Origin: a bacterium
Lineage (GTDB): Bacteria > Patescibacteriota > CPR2 > UBA1875 > JAJYID01
Reading direction: 5' to 3'
Assembly: GCA_021790235.1 (NCBI GenBank)
Contig: JAJYID010000001.1
Coordinates: 43,131 to 107,130 of the forward strand
DNA: 64,000 bases
Shown here: piece by piece, positions 27,181 through 36,686 of the stretch
How the letters are laid out: every line of letters begins with the position of its first letter
How positions within the stretch are numbered: the stretch's first letter is position 1
Position numbers and translations under genes: made by a program
The notes under the pieces: generated by a model
The model's input: only the letters and a program-made list of their open reading frames with translations
Database searches by the model: none
Told to the model about the DNA's origin: nothing

Positions 27181-29247
27181 TCATTTCTTAGGCTGCTTTG
27201 ATATGTTCATTAACCAGATAAGGTATCCTAAACTGGTGATGCCTAATATCGCGCCAACCCAGTCTGTAAGGCCATAACTGAAGTAGAGTTTTACATGTTT
27301 GGTTGTGGGCACTATGAGCATATAAGAGGGTGATACGAGAAAGGGGCCTTTAGCACCTTTAACTCTCCAGGTGGGAAAATAGGAAACCTTGACGATGTAA
27401 GGTTGGCCTATGTTAGGGGTATCAAACTCCAGAGAATCATTTGTTTGCTTAATATTTTTTGGGATGTTTGGATCACTCTCACTTTTTATGGTTTTGAGGT
27501 ACTTTGCTTCTTTGTTACCTTGGGCAAAGACAATTGGTTGGTTTAAATCCCCGTTTTTATACCAATTAATAGATTGTGCCAGCCAGTATTTATTTTTGTT
27601 TACTACTTTAAAGTCTTTCACCGGTTCAACAAGTTGGACTTTTTTGAATTCATAAACATTAAAAGGACCAATTTTTTTTGGTTTCTTGAGTTCCGGGGAT
27701 CTATCAGCGTCACTCTTCACCTTCTCGGAATAGGCAACGAAATACCTTGCTCCTGACATTGCAAGGTGACGAATACCCTTTTCAAAGTTATAAGGCGGCA
27801 GATCAAGACCGGCGACACCTGACATCGGAGTAGTGGTAGTTTCTGCTTGATTGATAAAGACAAAAGGAGCGCTTGGGGACGACTCGACCAGAAGCCCTTC
27901 GAATGTCGGCTGATCTGAGAAAAGCGGAATATTTTCAAGTGTTCTGGTAGTACCATATTTTTTAAACTCTGGACGGTGCTCCCACATTACCCTACCCTTC
28001 GGAAGAGTTTTTAAGTAAGCAAACAGATCTGACGCTTCGGGCCATGCAGCCATTTTTTCAAATCCTCTAAAGTCTGTCTTAAACCACGAGATAGCTGGCT
28101 CTAAATGGAGACTGACTCCATAGAAAGAAATAGCTAGAACCGCAGCTAATGTTAAGAAAAAAATTTTTAGATATTTCTTTTTAAGGTAATTTAGTGCGAT
28201 TGCTAGGAAATAAGCAGCCAGAAAAAGAATGGCAAAAGAAATATACGGCAGGAAGCGGGTGTTCCAGACCATGGTGTTCGTTAACGAAAGATAGAGAAGC
28301 AGGGAGACCCAAGCCAAAGTAAAAAAAGGAATGAGCTTTCTTTCTTTATTACAGATTGCCCATCCTATGCCCAAAGCGGCTGTTATCAAAAGAGGCAGCC
28401 AGTAATCAGGTAAAAGTTCCCCTAGACTAATATTAGCGGTCCAGCTCATAGTACCGTAGTCTCCATGATAAAAAAGAACGCCTAGAGACCACCAGGCAGA
28501 GAGAAGAAAAATACCCACATAAACGAAAGCCGTATATTTTATCCCGCTTTTTAAGTCCTTTGTTTGAAAAGGGAAAGCTAAGGCAAGGGGGATAAGCAGC
28601 ATGCCGGCAATCGGATGAGTAAGCATGACTGCCGTACCGACCAGACAGTTCCAGATAAGGTATTTTTTCTCTGTCATCCCCTTATACATCAGACCGATAA
28701 ACATGAAAATTAAAAGGATACTTAAAGTATACGAAAACTCTCCGGAAGTGAGTGATGCTAAATTGCCGCCGTAGATGTTGTATTTATCCAGAAAAAGTAA
28801 AAACAAACTGAAAACCGCTCCGAGTTGGGGAGCAGGAAATCTCATATCCAGCCATTTTAAGGGGAAATAGAAAGCTAGCGGAAAAGCTAGGATTATCGAA
28901 AAAACTACTATTTTGAGGGCGACATTTAGGGGAATGATATACCCAAAAATTACTGTGATGATATACAGAAGAGGCGGATAAAAAAACAAAAATGGAAATC
29001 CGCTAAACCAGTCAGGAGACCACCATCTGATATGCGGAAAGATTTGTTTTAGGTATTCAACTACGTAAACATGAGATCCAAGGTCACCTCCGGTGAGATG
29101 GGTATTTGTGAAAACCGTTTTTATGTCAAGATTTATGAGAATAAAACCATAAACAAGTGCAAAAATTATAAAAGTAATAAAGCCTCTTTGGTGTTTGCAC
29201 AGAAAGTCATAATTGCGACCTAATTTTTGAGTTAAACCTTTCCTCAC
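27181..29247 (-). CDS. large polytopic membrane protein (about 13 transmembrane helices + C-terminal soluble domain); possible GT-C-type glycosyltransferase/YfhO-like
   Basis: 688 aa. N-terminal two-thirds very hydrophobic with motifs such as WWSPDWFSGFPFLFFYPPL. C-terminal roughly 230 aa hydrophilic. The functional assignment is tentative. Confidence 0.4.
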   Translation of the reverse strand: MRKGLTQKLGRNYDFLCKHQRGFITFIIFALVYGFILINLDIKTVFTNTHLTGGDLGSHVYVVEYLKQIFPHIRWWSPDWFSGFPFLFFYPPLLYIITVIFGYIIPLNVALKIVVFSIILAFPLAFYFPLKWLDMRFPAPQLGAVFSLFLLFLDKYNIYGGNLASLTSGEFSYTLSILLIFMFIGLMYKGMTEKKYLIWNCLVGTAVMLTHPIAGMLLIPLALAFPFQTKDLKSGIKYTAFVYVGIFLLSAWWSLGVLFYHGDYGTMSWTANISLGELLPDYWLPLLITAALGIGWAICNKERKLIPFFTLAWVSLLLYLSLTNTMVWNTRFLPYISFAILFLAAYFLAIALNYLKKKYLKIFFLTLAAVLAISFYGVSLHLEPAISWFKTDFRGFEKMAAWPEASDLFAYLKTLPKGRVMWEHRPEFKKYGTTRTLENIPLFSDQPTFEGLLVESSPSAPFVFINQAETTTTPMSGVAGLDLPPYNFEKGIRHLAMSGARYFVAYSEKVKSDADRSPELKKPKKIGPFNVYEFKKVQLVEPVKDFKVVNKNKYWLAQSINWYKNGDLNQPIVFAQGNKEAKYLKTIKSESDPNIPKNIKQTNDSLEFDTPNIGQPYIVKVSYFPTWRVKGAKGPFLVSPSYMLIVPTTKHVKLYFSYGLTDWVGAILGITSLGYLIWLMNISKQPKK

Positions 29248-29299
29248 ATCCTCAGTTTACCATAAATGTTTTCTAGGTGGATGATAGCCGGCAACGATT

Positions 29300-30328
29300 T
29301 TAGGAAGCAGGCAGTTGCGCTGCATTTTGTGGTTCTTGGAAAGAATAATGTTCATTAAAGTTGGAGAGTTTAATATCTAGGGAGGCGCTCCAAGATGTTT
29401 TGTCTTGGCTGAGCTGAAACTGTAAATTAGCTTCATGAAGTTGGTGATCTTTCTTGCCGATATAAAGGTCGCCCTTTGCCAGCGCAGTAGTCTTGTTTAA
29501 ATTATTACTAAAATCATCTGTCAACTGAAAACCACCGGCTGTTAAAAGAGTTGTTCCATAATAAGCCACAGCGTTTTCTTTGCCGTAATCAAAGTGGTAA
29601 TGATAACAATCAATGCTATCCACTTTTTCATCTTTCATTTGGACTGCTTGCTTTTCAAATAGGTTAGAGTTGATAACACTGCTGGGAAAGCTAAAAGGCA
29701 GATTATTATAATCTTTCCCTCTATACCATTGATTTTCATTCATTTTGGAATTCTCTAAAGCGTTTTGTGAAGACTTAATAATCTTTGCATATTGTTTCGC
29801 ACCAAGGACTATATTTTGGCTGTCACTTTCAAAACCTTGGGAAATTGTTTTGGTTGAATAATCTTTTTTAATACTGTTTGTATTACTGTAGTCGTAATGG
29901 CCATCGATTAAAGTAGTAGTTTCAGTCCCCTGCACCGGTTTCTGAGATATCTTAGTTTCCATTTGGTATGCTTTTAGGTTTTCTGCACTTTGTATAATCT
30001 GGTCTTTCACTTTGGCCGGCGAGCTATTCAAAAAAATGAGAGATACCGCTGTTCCAATCACAACAATCACAGCAACTATTGCGAAGACCCTCCAGACAGA
30101 TACAAAGAGGGATAATACCTTTGAAAATAATGAAGAATAACTTTGGATTGGTTCGGCTGCTTCTTGAGGATGCAAATTAATATTAGTTGTAGAAGCATTA
30201 TCACCCAAAACTTCAAAAATGGTTGACTCTTGCCAACCATTTTTTTTGAGCTCTAAAGCTATATCTTGATCACTTAGCCCGGCAGCTCTTGAGTTTCTGA
30301 CATATTGCTCTAATCTTGGGTCTGCCAT
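29300..30328 (-). CDS. membrane-anchored protein, paralog family A (shared with 56211..57404)
   Basis: N-terminal roughly 40-aa motif (LEQYVRNSRAAGLSDQDIALELKKNGWQ), a single transmembrane helix, then an extracytoplasmic domain ending in the conserved DLYIGKKDHQLHEANLQF motif. Confidence 0.45.
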   Translation of the reverse strand: MADPRLEQYVRNSRAAGLSDQDIALELKKNGWQESTIFEVLGDNASTTNINLHPQEAAEPIQSYSSLFSKVLSLFVSVWRVFAIVAVIVVIGTAVSLIFLNSSPAKVKDQIIQSAENLKAYQMETKISQKPVQGTETTTLIDGHYDYSNTNSIKKDYSTKTISQGFESDSQNIVLGAKQYAKIIKSSQNALENSKMNENQWYRGKDYNNLPFSFPSSVINSNLFEKQAVQMKDEKVDSIDCYHYHFDYGKENAVAYYGTTLLTAGGFQLTDDFSNNLNKTTALAKGDLYIGKKDHQLHEANLQFQLSQDKTSWSASLDIKLSNFNEHYSFQEPQNAAQLPAS

Positions 30329-30358
30329 TTAATTCCCCGGCAAATATTTTGAAAATTT

Positions 30359-30778
30359 TTAAGAGGGTTTAACTTTAATTTTTTTAGATTTAACTTTGAC
30401 AAATTTCGGTACGCGGATGGTGAGGATACCGTTTTTGAAAGCTGCATCTGCTTTATCGCTATCACACTCTACCGGGAGCATTACAGTTCTGGCAAAGGCA
30501 CCCCAATAACATTCCTGGAAGTGATATCCTTCTTGGTCGACTTCTTTTTCGTCAAATCTCTCACCTCGAATTGACACCGATTCATTCGTAACATCTATAT
30601 CGATGTTTTCCGGGTCTACTCCGGCAATAGGGGCTTTAATGACTACATCTTTGTTCGTTTGATAAACATCAACTGCCAACTGGCCCTCGACATCATTATC
30701 TGAACCTGATTCCCAGTTAGTTCCAGCAAGTCCACTTGCAAAGAAGCTTTCATCGGTTAGAGTACTGTCTTTTTTCAT
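30359..30778 (-). CDS. Hsp20/alpha-crystallin family small heat-shock protein
   Basis: Alpha-crystallin domain (DVYQTNKDVVIKAPIAGV...NGILTIRVPK). Start chosen at the internal Met with GGAGG upstream. The track ORF extends further, to 30838. Confidence 0.7.
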   Translation of the reverse strand: MKKDSTLTDESFFASGLAGTNWESGSDNDVEGQLAVDVYQTNKDVVIKAPIAGVDPENIDIDVTNESVSIRGERFDEKEVDQEGYHFQECYWGAFARTVMLPVECDSDKADAAFKNGILTIRVPKFVKVKSKKIKVKPS

Positions 30779-30857
30779 ATACCCTCCTAGCACTTTAAAA
30801 TCCAATAATTTGTTGCTATCATAGTAGCTCACATTCATTAGTAATGCAAGAGGAAAT

Positions 30858-31580
30858 TTGGGTAAAATTGCGGTAAGAAATCAAATGAAGCGACAGTGGG
30901 TGTCAGAATTTCTACTTGATATATTATTTCCCAAAAAATGTGTGTCTTGCGGCAAGTTGGACTCGCTTTTCTGTGAGAAATGCCAGGCGAAAATACTTTA
31001 TTTAAAAACCCAAAACTGTCCATACTGCAATAAGATTACGGTTCGGGGCAGAGTCTGTCCCAGCTGTAAAAGCTCATATAAAAGCGCTTTGACCGGCGTG
31101 TATGTTGTAGCGCATTTTGAGACATCTTTAAAGGAGGCTATTCATCAATTTAAATACGAGTTTATTAAGTCGCTGCGGGAAGATCTGGCTGATATCGCCT
31201 GGCCGTTATTAAATGATTTTCCCCAGAAGGCTATCTTGACCTGTGTGCCGTCAAACTCCAAAAGACTTGCTTGGCGGGGGTATAATCAGGCTGAAGAGTT
31301 GGCGCGAATTTTGGCTAAACGTACCGGCATGAGGTTTTACCCAAACTTATTGAAGCGAACCAGCTATAAGGCTCCACAGACCCAACTGGGCAGAAAAGAC
31401 AGATTTAAAAATGTCAGAAATACATTTGTCGAAGATAAAAGCTTTGATCTAAGCGGTAAGCAAGTAATCATAGTTGATGATTTAGTCACAAGCGGAGCGA
31501 CTTTAGATGCTTGCGCTCACGAAATCCGCAAAATGGGAGCGACGAGAGTCTGGGGCTTTGCATTGGCTAGAAATAAGTAG
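30858..31580 (+). CDS. comFC: ComF family protein (double zinc ribbon + phosphoribosyltransferase domain)
   Basis: CVSCGK...CEKC / CPYC...CPSC zinc-ribbon pairs, then the PRTase motif VIIVDDLVTSGATL. Confidence 0.75.
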   Translation: MGKIAVRNQMKRQWVSEFLLDILFPKKCVSCGKLDSLFCEKCQAKILYLKTQNCPYCNKITVRGRVCPSCKSSYKSALTGVYVVAHFETSLKEAIHQFKYEFIKSLREDLADIAWPLLNDFPQKAILTCVPSNSKRLAWRGYNQAEELARILAKRTGMRFYPNLLKRTSYKAPQTQLGRKDRFKNVRNTFVEDKSFDLSGKQVIIVDDLVTSGATLDACAHEIRKMGATRVWGFALARNK

Positions 31581-31680
31581 CATTAAGCCACCATTTCTAA
31601 ACAGAGTATAATTAATTCAATGAAAATCCTTTTTTGTTGAGTCAATGATCTCATTAAAGATTAAGAATCATTTAGAAAAA

Positions 31681-33300
31681 TTATTCTTTTATCACCTTCA
31701 GTACTTCCACGATATCGACTATTCCCGCAATAGCTTTTAGGAAACCGTCTTGTTCCATAGTCAGCATACCGTCACTCACGGCTATGTTTTTAAGTTCATG
31801 CAGGGTATCGTTTTCAACCACAGATTTCTGAAAATCAGGTGAAACCCTAAGCAGTTCAAAAATGCCGATTCGTCCCTTGTAACCTATGTCTGTGCATTTG
31901 TCACAACCCTTGCCGTGGAAAAACTCGGGTGCCTTTTTGGGCTTGTGTTCTATGGGCAGAGACTCGAAAATTTTGTTAATTTCAGTCATTTCACCTTCTG
32001 TGGGCTTGTATTCTTCTCGGCAATGGGTGCAGATTTTTCTAACCAAGCGCTGAGCGATAATAATATTAACGGCATCAAGAAAGGATGAAGCATCATCGAC
32101 TAGACCAATGATTCTCGGGACAGCGGTGACAGCATCATTGGCATGTAAAGTGGTGATGAGCAAGTGCCCGGTAATGGCAGCTTGAAGGGCGGTTTTTGCC
32201 GTTTCAGCATCTCTTATTTCTCCGAGCATTATGATATCCGGGTCTTCTCGAAGGACTGCCTTTAGTCTATTGGCAAAGCTTTCACCTTCATTAATCTGTG
32301 ATTGTGTCACTCCGTCTAATGTATATTCGATCGGATCTTCTAAAGTAATGAGTTTGATTTCCGGCGCATTAAGTCTGTTTAAAATGGAATAAATAGTTGT
32401 GGTTTTACCTGAACCAGTTGGCCCAACAACCAAAATCATGCCGTGAGGACGCATGAGTGCCGATTCTAAAATTGGCAGCTGGACATCGCGGATACCAATT
32501 TCTTCCAAATCCAGAAGTTCCGCTTCCACGTTAAAAATACGAATGACAATGTCGTATCCATACAGCGATGGCATGATTTCTATTCTGACAGCTAGTTCAT
32601 CTTGATCGTCGAACTTAACCTTGAATCGGCCATTTTGCGGGTAGTTTACATTTAGTTTTAACCCGGACCTTAGTTCTACCTGTGATAATAAATATTTATA
32701 CTTTTCTTTTGATAGATCGCCGGCCTTATGCAGTACTCCATCCATTCGGAAACGGATAGTGGCTTTTTCTTCGCCTGGTTCGATGTGAATATCAGAAGCA
32801 TTTAAGGCGAAGCCTTCGACAACCACAACTTTCAAAAGATTTTGTATTTCGGTGTTATCTACATTTTGTTGAAACTCCTCGAAGGATTTTTTGTTGATTT
32901 TTATCTCAGTGACATCAACTTCACCTGCTGCTTCCTGAGGTGCGACTCTAACGATATTTTTCAGAAGCTCTTGGTTGTCCTCAAAACTTTCGTTAGAGAT
33001 CATTCCTATGGTTATCTTAGGGTAAAGCTTTATATATTTTTTCTTAAATTCATCTATTTTCCCGGATTTTGGGTTTGGGGAAGCAATAACTAAAGCGCCT
33101 TTTTCTTCTTTGATTGGAATAACTGCATAGTTAAAGAAATCTTCCGGGTAAAAGTTTTCTAAAATTTCCTTGGAAAGGGTGGTATATCTAAGATCAAAGT
33201 AAGGAATATCCAGTCGACCCGCTTCCTCGCTGACTTTTTGTTCGAGCGAATTACGGTTCACCAGCTTGGCTTTTGAAATTATGTCTAGATTATCTGTCAT
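31681..33300 (-). CDS. pilB: GspE/PilB-family type IV pilus / type II secretion ATPase
   Basis: Walker A GPTGSGKTTT, Asp box, His box and the tetracysteine CTHC...CDKC motif. 539 aa. Confidence 0.85.
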   Translation of the reverse strand: MTDNLDIISKAKLVNRNSLEQKVSEEAGRLDIPYFDLRYTTLSKEILENFYPEDFFNYAVIPIKEEKGALVIASPNPKSGKIDEFKKKYIKLYPKITIGMISNESFEDNQELLKNIVRVAPQEAAGEVDVTEIKINKKSFEEFQQNVDNTEIQNLLKVVVVEGFALNASDIHIEPGEEKATIRFRMDGVLHKAGDLSKEKYKYLLSQVELRSGLKLNVNYPQNGRFKVKFDDQDELAVRIEIMPSLYGYDIVIRIFNVEAELLDLEEIGIRDVQLPILESALMRPHGMILVVGPTGSGKTTTIYSILNRLNAPEIKLITLEDPIEYTLDGVTQSQINEGESFANRLKAVLREDPDIIMLGEIRDAETAKTALQAAITGHLLITTLHANDAVTAVPRIIGLVDDASSFLDAVNIIIAQRLVRKICTHCREEYKPTEGEMTEINKIFESLPIEHKPKKAPEFFHGKGCDKCTDIGYKGRIGIFELLRVSPDFQKSVVENDTLHELKNIAVSDGMLTMEQDGFLKAIAGIVDIVEVLKVIKE

Positions 33301-33362
33301 GGCTTAAATAATAGCATAATTCAATTGAAAAAACACTCAAAACCCGCTATAATACATGGGTT

Positions 33363-33452
<90 letters not shown>

Positions 33453-33475
33453 TTGATATGATATCATTGAGCCGT

Positions 33476-33568
33476 GGTGAGGTACCCAAGTGGCTGAAGG
33501 GGCGGGTTTGCTAAACCTGTAGGTCGGAGTTTTCCGGCGCGAGAGTTCGAATCTCTCCCTCACCGCCA
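33476..33568 (+). tRNA. tRNA-Ser (anticodon GCT)
   Basis: Acceptor GGTGAGG/CCTCACC, anticodon loop TTGCTAA, long variable arm, GTTCGAATC T-loop, 3' CCA. Confidence 0.8.
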
Positions 33569-33789
33569 GATAAAAGTTTGAGACCATTTGCTATTTTTTT
33601 TAAGTTCAAAGTCTTGGAATTTCTTCTCTGCTCTTATTGTTAGCCGTTTTTTTAGATATACATCCAAGATAAAAATTTAACTCAAAAACAGGCCGTTTAG
33701 GGTATGGAGTCTCTAAAAAAGATTTTGAAGAGATTGTCTTTTTTACTGTAGATAATTATAATTTAATAAGATCTTAATATAAAATAAAA

Positions 33790-34437
33790 TTGCAAATGAG
33801 AAAAAAAATCTTGTTAACGGTTCTAGTTGGTGTCTTACCAGCCTTTATGAAGGGGTATACTTATGCTGCTGCTGGTGCATCAACAAGTATTCCCAGTATT
33901 AATGCCCCGTCTGCCACTTTTTCACACATAGGAGATAATGGTGTTAGCGGCATAGTTAATACGATTACTAAGTTTGGAGGTTGGCTACTCCTTATTGCAG
34001 GCGCTTTAGCGGTTGTTATGGTAGTTATAGGTGGATTGCGTTACATGACGTCTATGGGGAATTCTCAACAGGCAGAAGCAGCGAAAAAAACTATCACTTA
34101 TGCCATTATTGGTTTAATTGTTATTGTTCTTTCAGCATTTATAGTTCGGTTGACAATCTTTATCGCCAATTCATTATCAAAACCACAAGCCGTTCAAAGC
34201 ATTGAAACTAACATTAAAAATGGAACTCTGAAAGGTAGGGTGAGCAGCTGTATATATCAGAGTAAGATGGTATACAATGTGCCCTTATCTCCTACGGCTA
34301 CTCCTGAGTCTTATTCAAGTGAGTTACTGGACGATCAAGGCCAACACCTTTGTTACACAGGAGGAGGATTTACGGGTCAAGGCGATATTAGTGCGCATTG
34401 TCCGGGTTTTGATCCATCCAAGTGCCCAGCGTATTAA
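33790..34437 (+). CDS. VirB2/TrbC-like pilin paralog with Cys-containing C-terminal extension
   Basis: Core GGWLLLIAGALAVVMVVIGGLRYMTSMGNSQQAEAAKKTITYAIIGLIVIVLSAF is nearly identical to the 21752..22108 pilin core. It is followed by an extra roughly 90-aa tail containing 4 cysteines. Confidence 0.5.
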   Translation: MQMRKKILLTVLVGVLPAFMKGYTYAAAGASTSIPSINAPSATFSHIGDNGVSGIVNTITKFGGWLLLIAGALAVVMVVIGGLRYMTSMGNSQQAEAAKKTITYAIIGLIVIVLSAFIVRLTIFIANSLSKPQAVQSIETNIKNGTLKGRVSSCIYQSKMVYNVPLSPTATPESYSSELLDDQGQHLCYTGGGFTGQGDISAHCPGFDPSKCPAY

Positions 34438-34451
34438 ATAAGTTTCTATAT

Positions 34452-34542
34452 GGTGAGGTGGCCGAGTGGCTTAAGGCGCACGCTTGGAAAGCGTGTAAGC
34501 CCCACAAGGGCTTCCAGGGTTCGAATCCCTGTCTCACCGCCA
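34452..34542 (+). tRNA. tRNA-Ser (anticodon GGA)
   Basis: Anticodon stem CACGC/GCGTG, loop TTGGAAA, long variable arm, T-loop GGTTCGAATCC, 3' CCA. Confidence 0.8.
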
Positions 34543-34597
34543 GTTTAAAGTCATTAAATTACTATTAATTCGAAGAACAAAAGAGTATAATTAGATT

Positions 34598-35359
34598 ATG
34601 GAGGAGGAGAATCTAAACAACTTGAGTATGGATGATGCTGCGTCGGCGCTAAACCCAGATCAGGATATAAATAATCCTATGAGTGCTGGATTTAATAATG
34701 TTGATAGTATTGCAACACCTAACAATCAAAAAAATATAGCACAAAGTAGCAATGTTGCACCACCAGAAGAATCTAACATATTGCCCGTATCTAATAATGT
34801 AACATCGGACGATGCGATGAACACGGATAATTTTGGCCCGAGAGCAAGCATAAGTCAAGCTAATATTACTCAAAGGCCACCAGGTCAAATTGGAGACTCA
34901 TTTCATAAAAGTGTATTTGAGGTTACGGATAATTATATCCCCCACAGGGGAATCCCCTGGTATGTTTGCTTTGTGATAGTTTTCATGGTTTCCAGCGCGC
35001 TAGTTGTATTTTTTGCTGATTGGGCAATCTTATTTGTTCTTGTGGCTGCAGCTAGTGTTCTTCTGTGGCGAGGTCACCAAGGCGTAAGAATGAATTTGGA
35101 AGTCACAGAAAAAGCTATTATCATACAGAATAAAACTTTTATGTTTGACAAAATTAATAGTTTTTACATTTCACCTATAGGTGATCATTTGGCTCTTCAT
35201 ATTATATTAATGAAAAAATATGTTCCTAAACTAACTTTTATCTTTTTTAATCACGATGATGCAGACGAAGTATGCAGGAAAATGGATCCATATGTTCCTT
35301 TTCAGGGTCTAAAAGATGAAAGTTATATAGATCTCCTAATTCATAGGTTGAAGCTTTAG
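34598..35359 (+). CDS. hypothetical membrane protein (disordered N-terminus + two transmembrane helices)
   Basis: 253 aa with an Asn/Ser/Pro-rich N-terminal 110 aa and a hydrophobic hairpin (WYVCFVIVFMVSSALVVFFADWAILFVLVAAASVLLW). Confidence 0.4.
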   Translation: MEEENLNNLSMDDAASALNPDQDINNPMSAGFNNVDSIATPNNQKNIAQSSNVAPPEESNILPVSNNVTSDDAMNTDNFGPRASISQANITQRPPGQIGDSFHKSVFEVTDNYIPHRGIPWYVCFVIVFMVSSALVVFFADWAILFVLVAAASVLLWRGHQGVRMNLEVTEKAIIIQNKTFMFDKINSFYISPIGDHLALHIILMKKYVPKLTFIFFNHDDADEVCRKMDPYVPFQGLKDESYIDLLIHRLKL

Positions 35360-35421
35360 TTTGATTGTCTTAAATATTTGTTAGGGCTAAAATAAACCGT
35401 AAACTTTTTTCACGGTATGAT

Positions 35422-35497
<76 letters not shown>

Positions 35498-35522
35498 AGT
35501 TAATATTTTTGGATTATAAATC

Positions 35523-36074
35523 ATGTATATTGAAATCTTACTTTTAGTTATTATTTTTATTCTTGCGGAAATCACTCATCTGATTTTTCTATATTATCTT
35601 TTGATTTTGGTTTTCCTGCTTTGTCTTCCCGGGATCTTTGCTCTTTTTACGGCTCCATATGTGCCCAGTCTGAAGAAAAATGCTGAAGCCATGATAAAGC
35701 TTGCTGATGTCAAGCCGGGTATGAAGGTTTATGAGCTCGGAGCAGGAGATGGAAGATTGGTGACAAAAATGGCAGAGCAGGGGGCTGAAGTTGTAGGATA
35801 TGAAATATCTTTTGCTCTTTTTCTATTTTTTTGGTTTAAGAAAACAATTTTTTTTAAAAAAGGCCGAGTTTTTTGGGGGAATATATGGACGAAAGATATA
35901 TCTGATGCTGATGTAGTAGTATGCTTTCTTATGCCTAATGCTATGAAAAAGTTTTCCGAAAAGAAGTTTAGCACAATGAAAAAAGGAGCTAGGCTGGTCA
36001 CAAATACTTTCGGGTTACCAGGTAAAAAGCCGAAAAAAACACAAAACGGAGTATATTTATATATAAAAGATTAG
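35523..36074 (+). CDS. small class I SAM-dependent methyltransferase with N-terminal membrane anchor
   Basis: Motif I VYELGAGDGRL and acidic motif II (VVGYEIS). N-terminal hydrophobic segment. Confidence 0.5.
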   Translation: MYIEILLLVIIFILAEITHLIFLYYLLILVFLLCLPGIFALFTAPYVPSLKKNAEAMIKLADVKPGMKVYELGAGDGRLVTKMAEQGAEVVGYEISFALFLFFWFKKTIFFKKGRVFWGNIWTKDISDADVVVCFLMPNAMKKFSEKKFSTMKKGARLVTNTFGLPGKKPKKTQNGVYLYIKD

Positions 36075-36075
36075 T

Positions 36076-36165
36076 TTGGTGGGATGACTGAGTGGTCGAA
36101 AGTGCCGCACTCGAAATGCGGTGTCCGTGAAAGCGGACCGGGGGTTCGAATCCCTCTCCCACCGC
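36076..36165 (+). tRNA. tRNA-Ser (anticodon CGA)
   Basis: Acceptor GGTGGGA/TCCCACC, anticodon stem CCGCA/TGCGG, loop CTCGAAA, long variable arm, T-loop GGTTCGAATCC, 3' CCA. Confidence 0.8.
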
Positions 36166-36175
36166 CAAGACAAAA

Positions 36176-36673
36176 ATGTTTCAAATACAGCAATTAAGCC
36201 AAGGGTATCTTCAACAAGCTCGAAAACTAGGAGACTCAGTTTTCTATTATGAAAAAGTCTCTCCAAGTGTAGAAATCGGAGCAAATTTAAACAAAAAGAA
36301 TTTTCAGAAATTTCAAATCAAATATAAAAATGCAATTTCCACAGAGAGTTATATCGCTTTAGATGATGGAAAAGTTATAGGCATTTCTGGTCTCTATCAG
36401 GTTAAAGAAGATTCTTCAGAAGGGGTTTTCTGGCTGGGATGGTTTTGCATTGATCCCGAGCATCAAGGGCAAGGTGTAGGCAGTATGCTTCTAGATTATA
36501 CAATTGAGCAAGCAAATAAGAAGAATGCGCAATGTATTAGACTTTATACTTCAACCAGACCAGAAGAAGCGAAAGCTCAGTTTTTGTATGAGAAAAAGGG
36601 CTTTAAGGTGATGAGTAGAGAAACTAAACCTGATGGACAGTATGAAATATTTTATAGAGAAAAAACGCTGTAA
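36176..36673 (+). CDS. GNAT family N-acetyltransferase
   Basis: Acetyl-CoA-binding motif HQGQGVGSMLL. 165 aa. Confidence 0.7.
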   Translation: MFQIQQLSQGYLQQARKLGDSVFYYEKVSPSVEIGANLNKKNFQKFQIKYKNAISTESYIALDDGKVIGISGLYQVKEDSSEGVFWLGWFCIDPEHQGQGVGSMLLDYTIEQANKKNAQCIRLYTSTRPEEAKAQFLYEKKGFKVMSRETKPDGQYEIFYREKTL

Positions 36674-36686
36674 TTTAATTCAGCAT

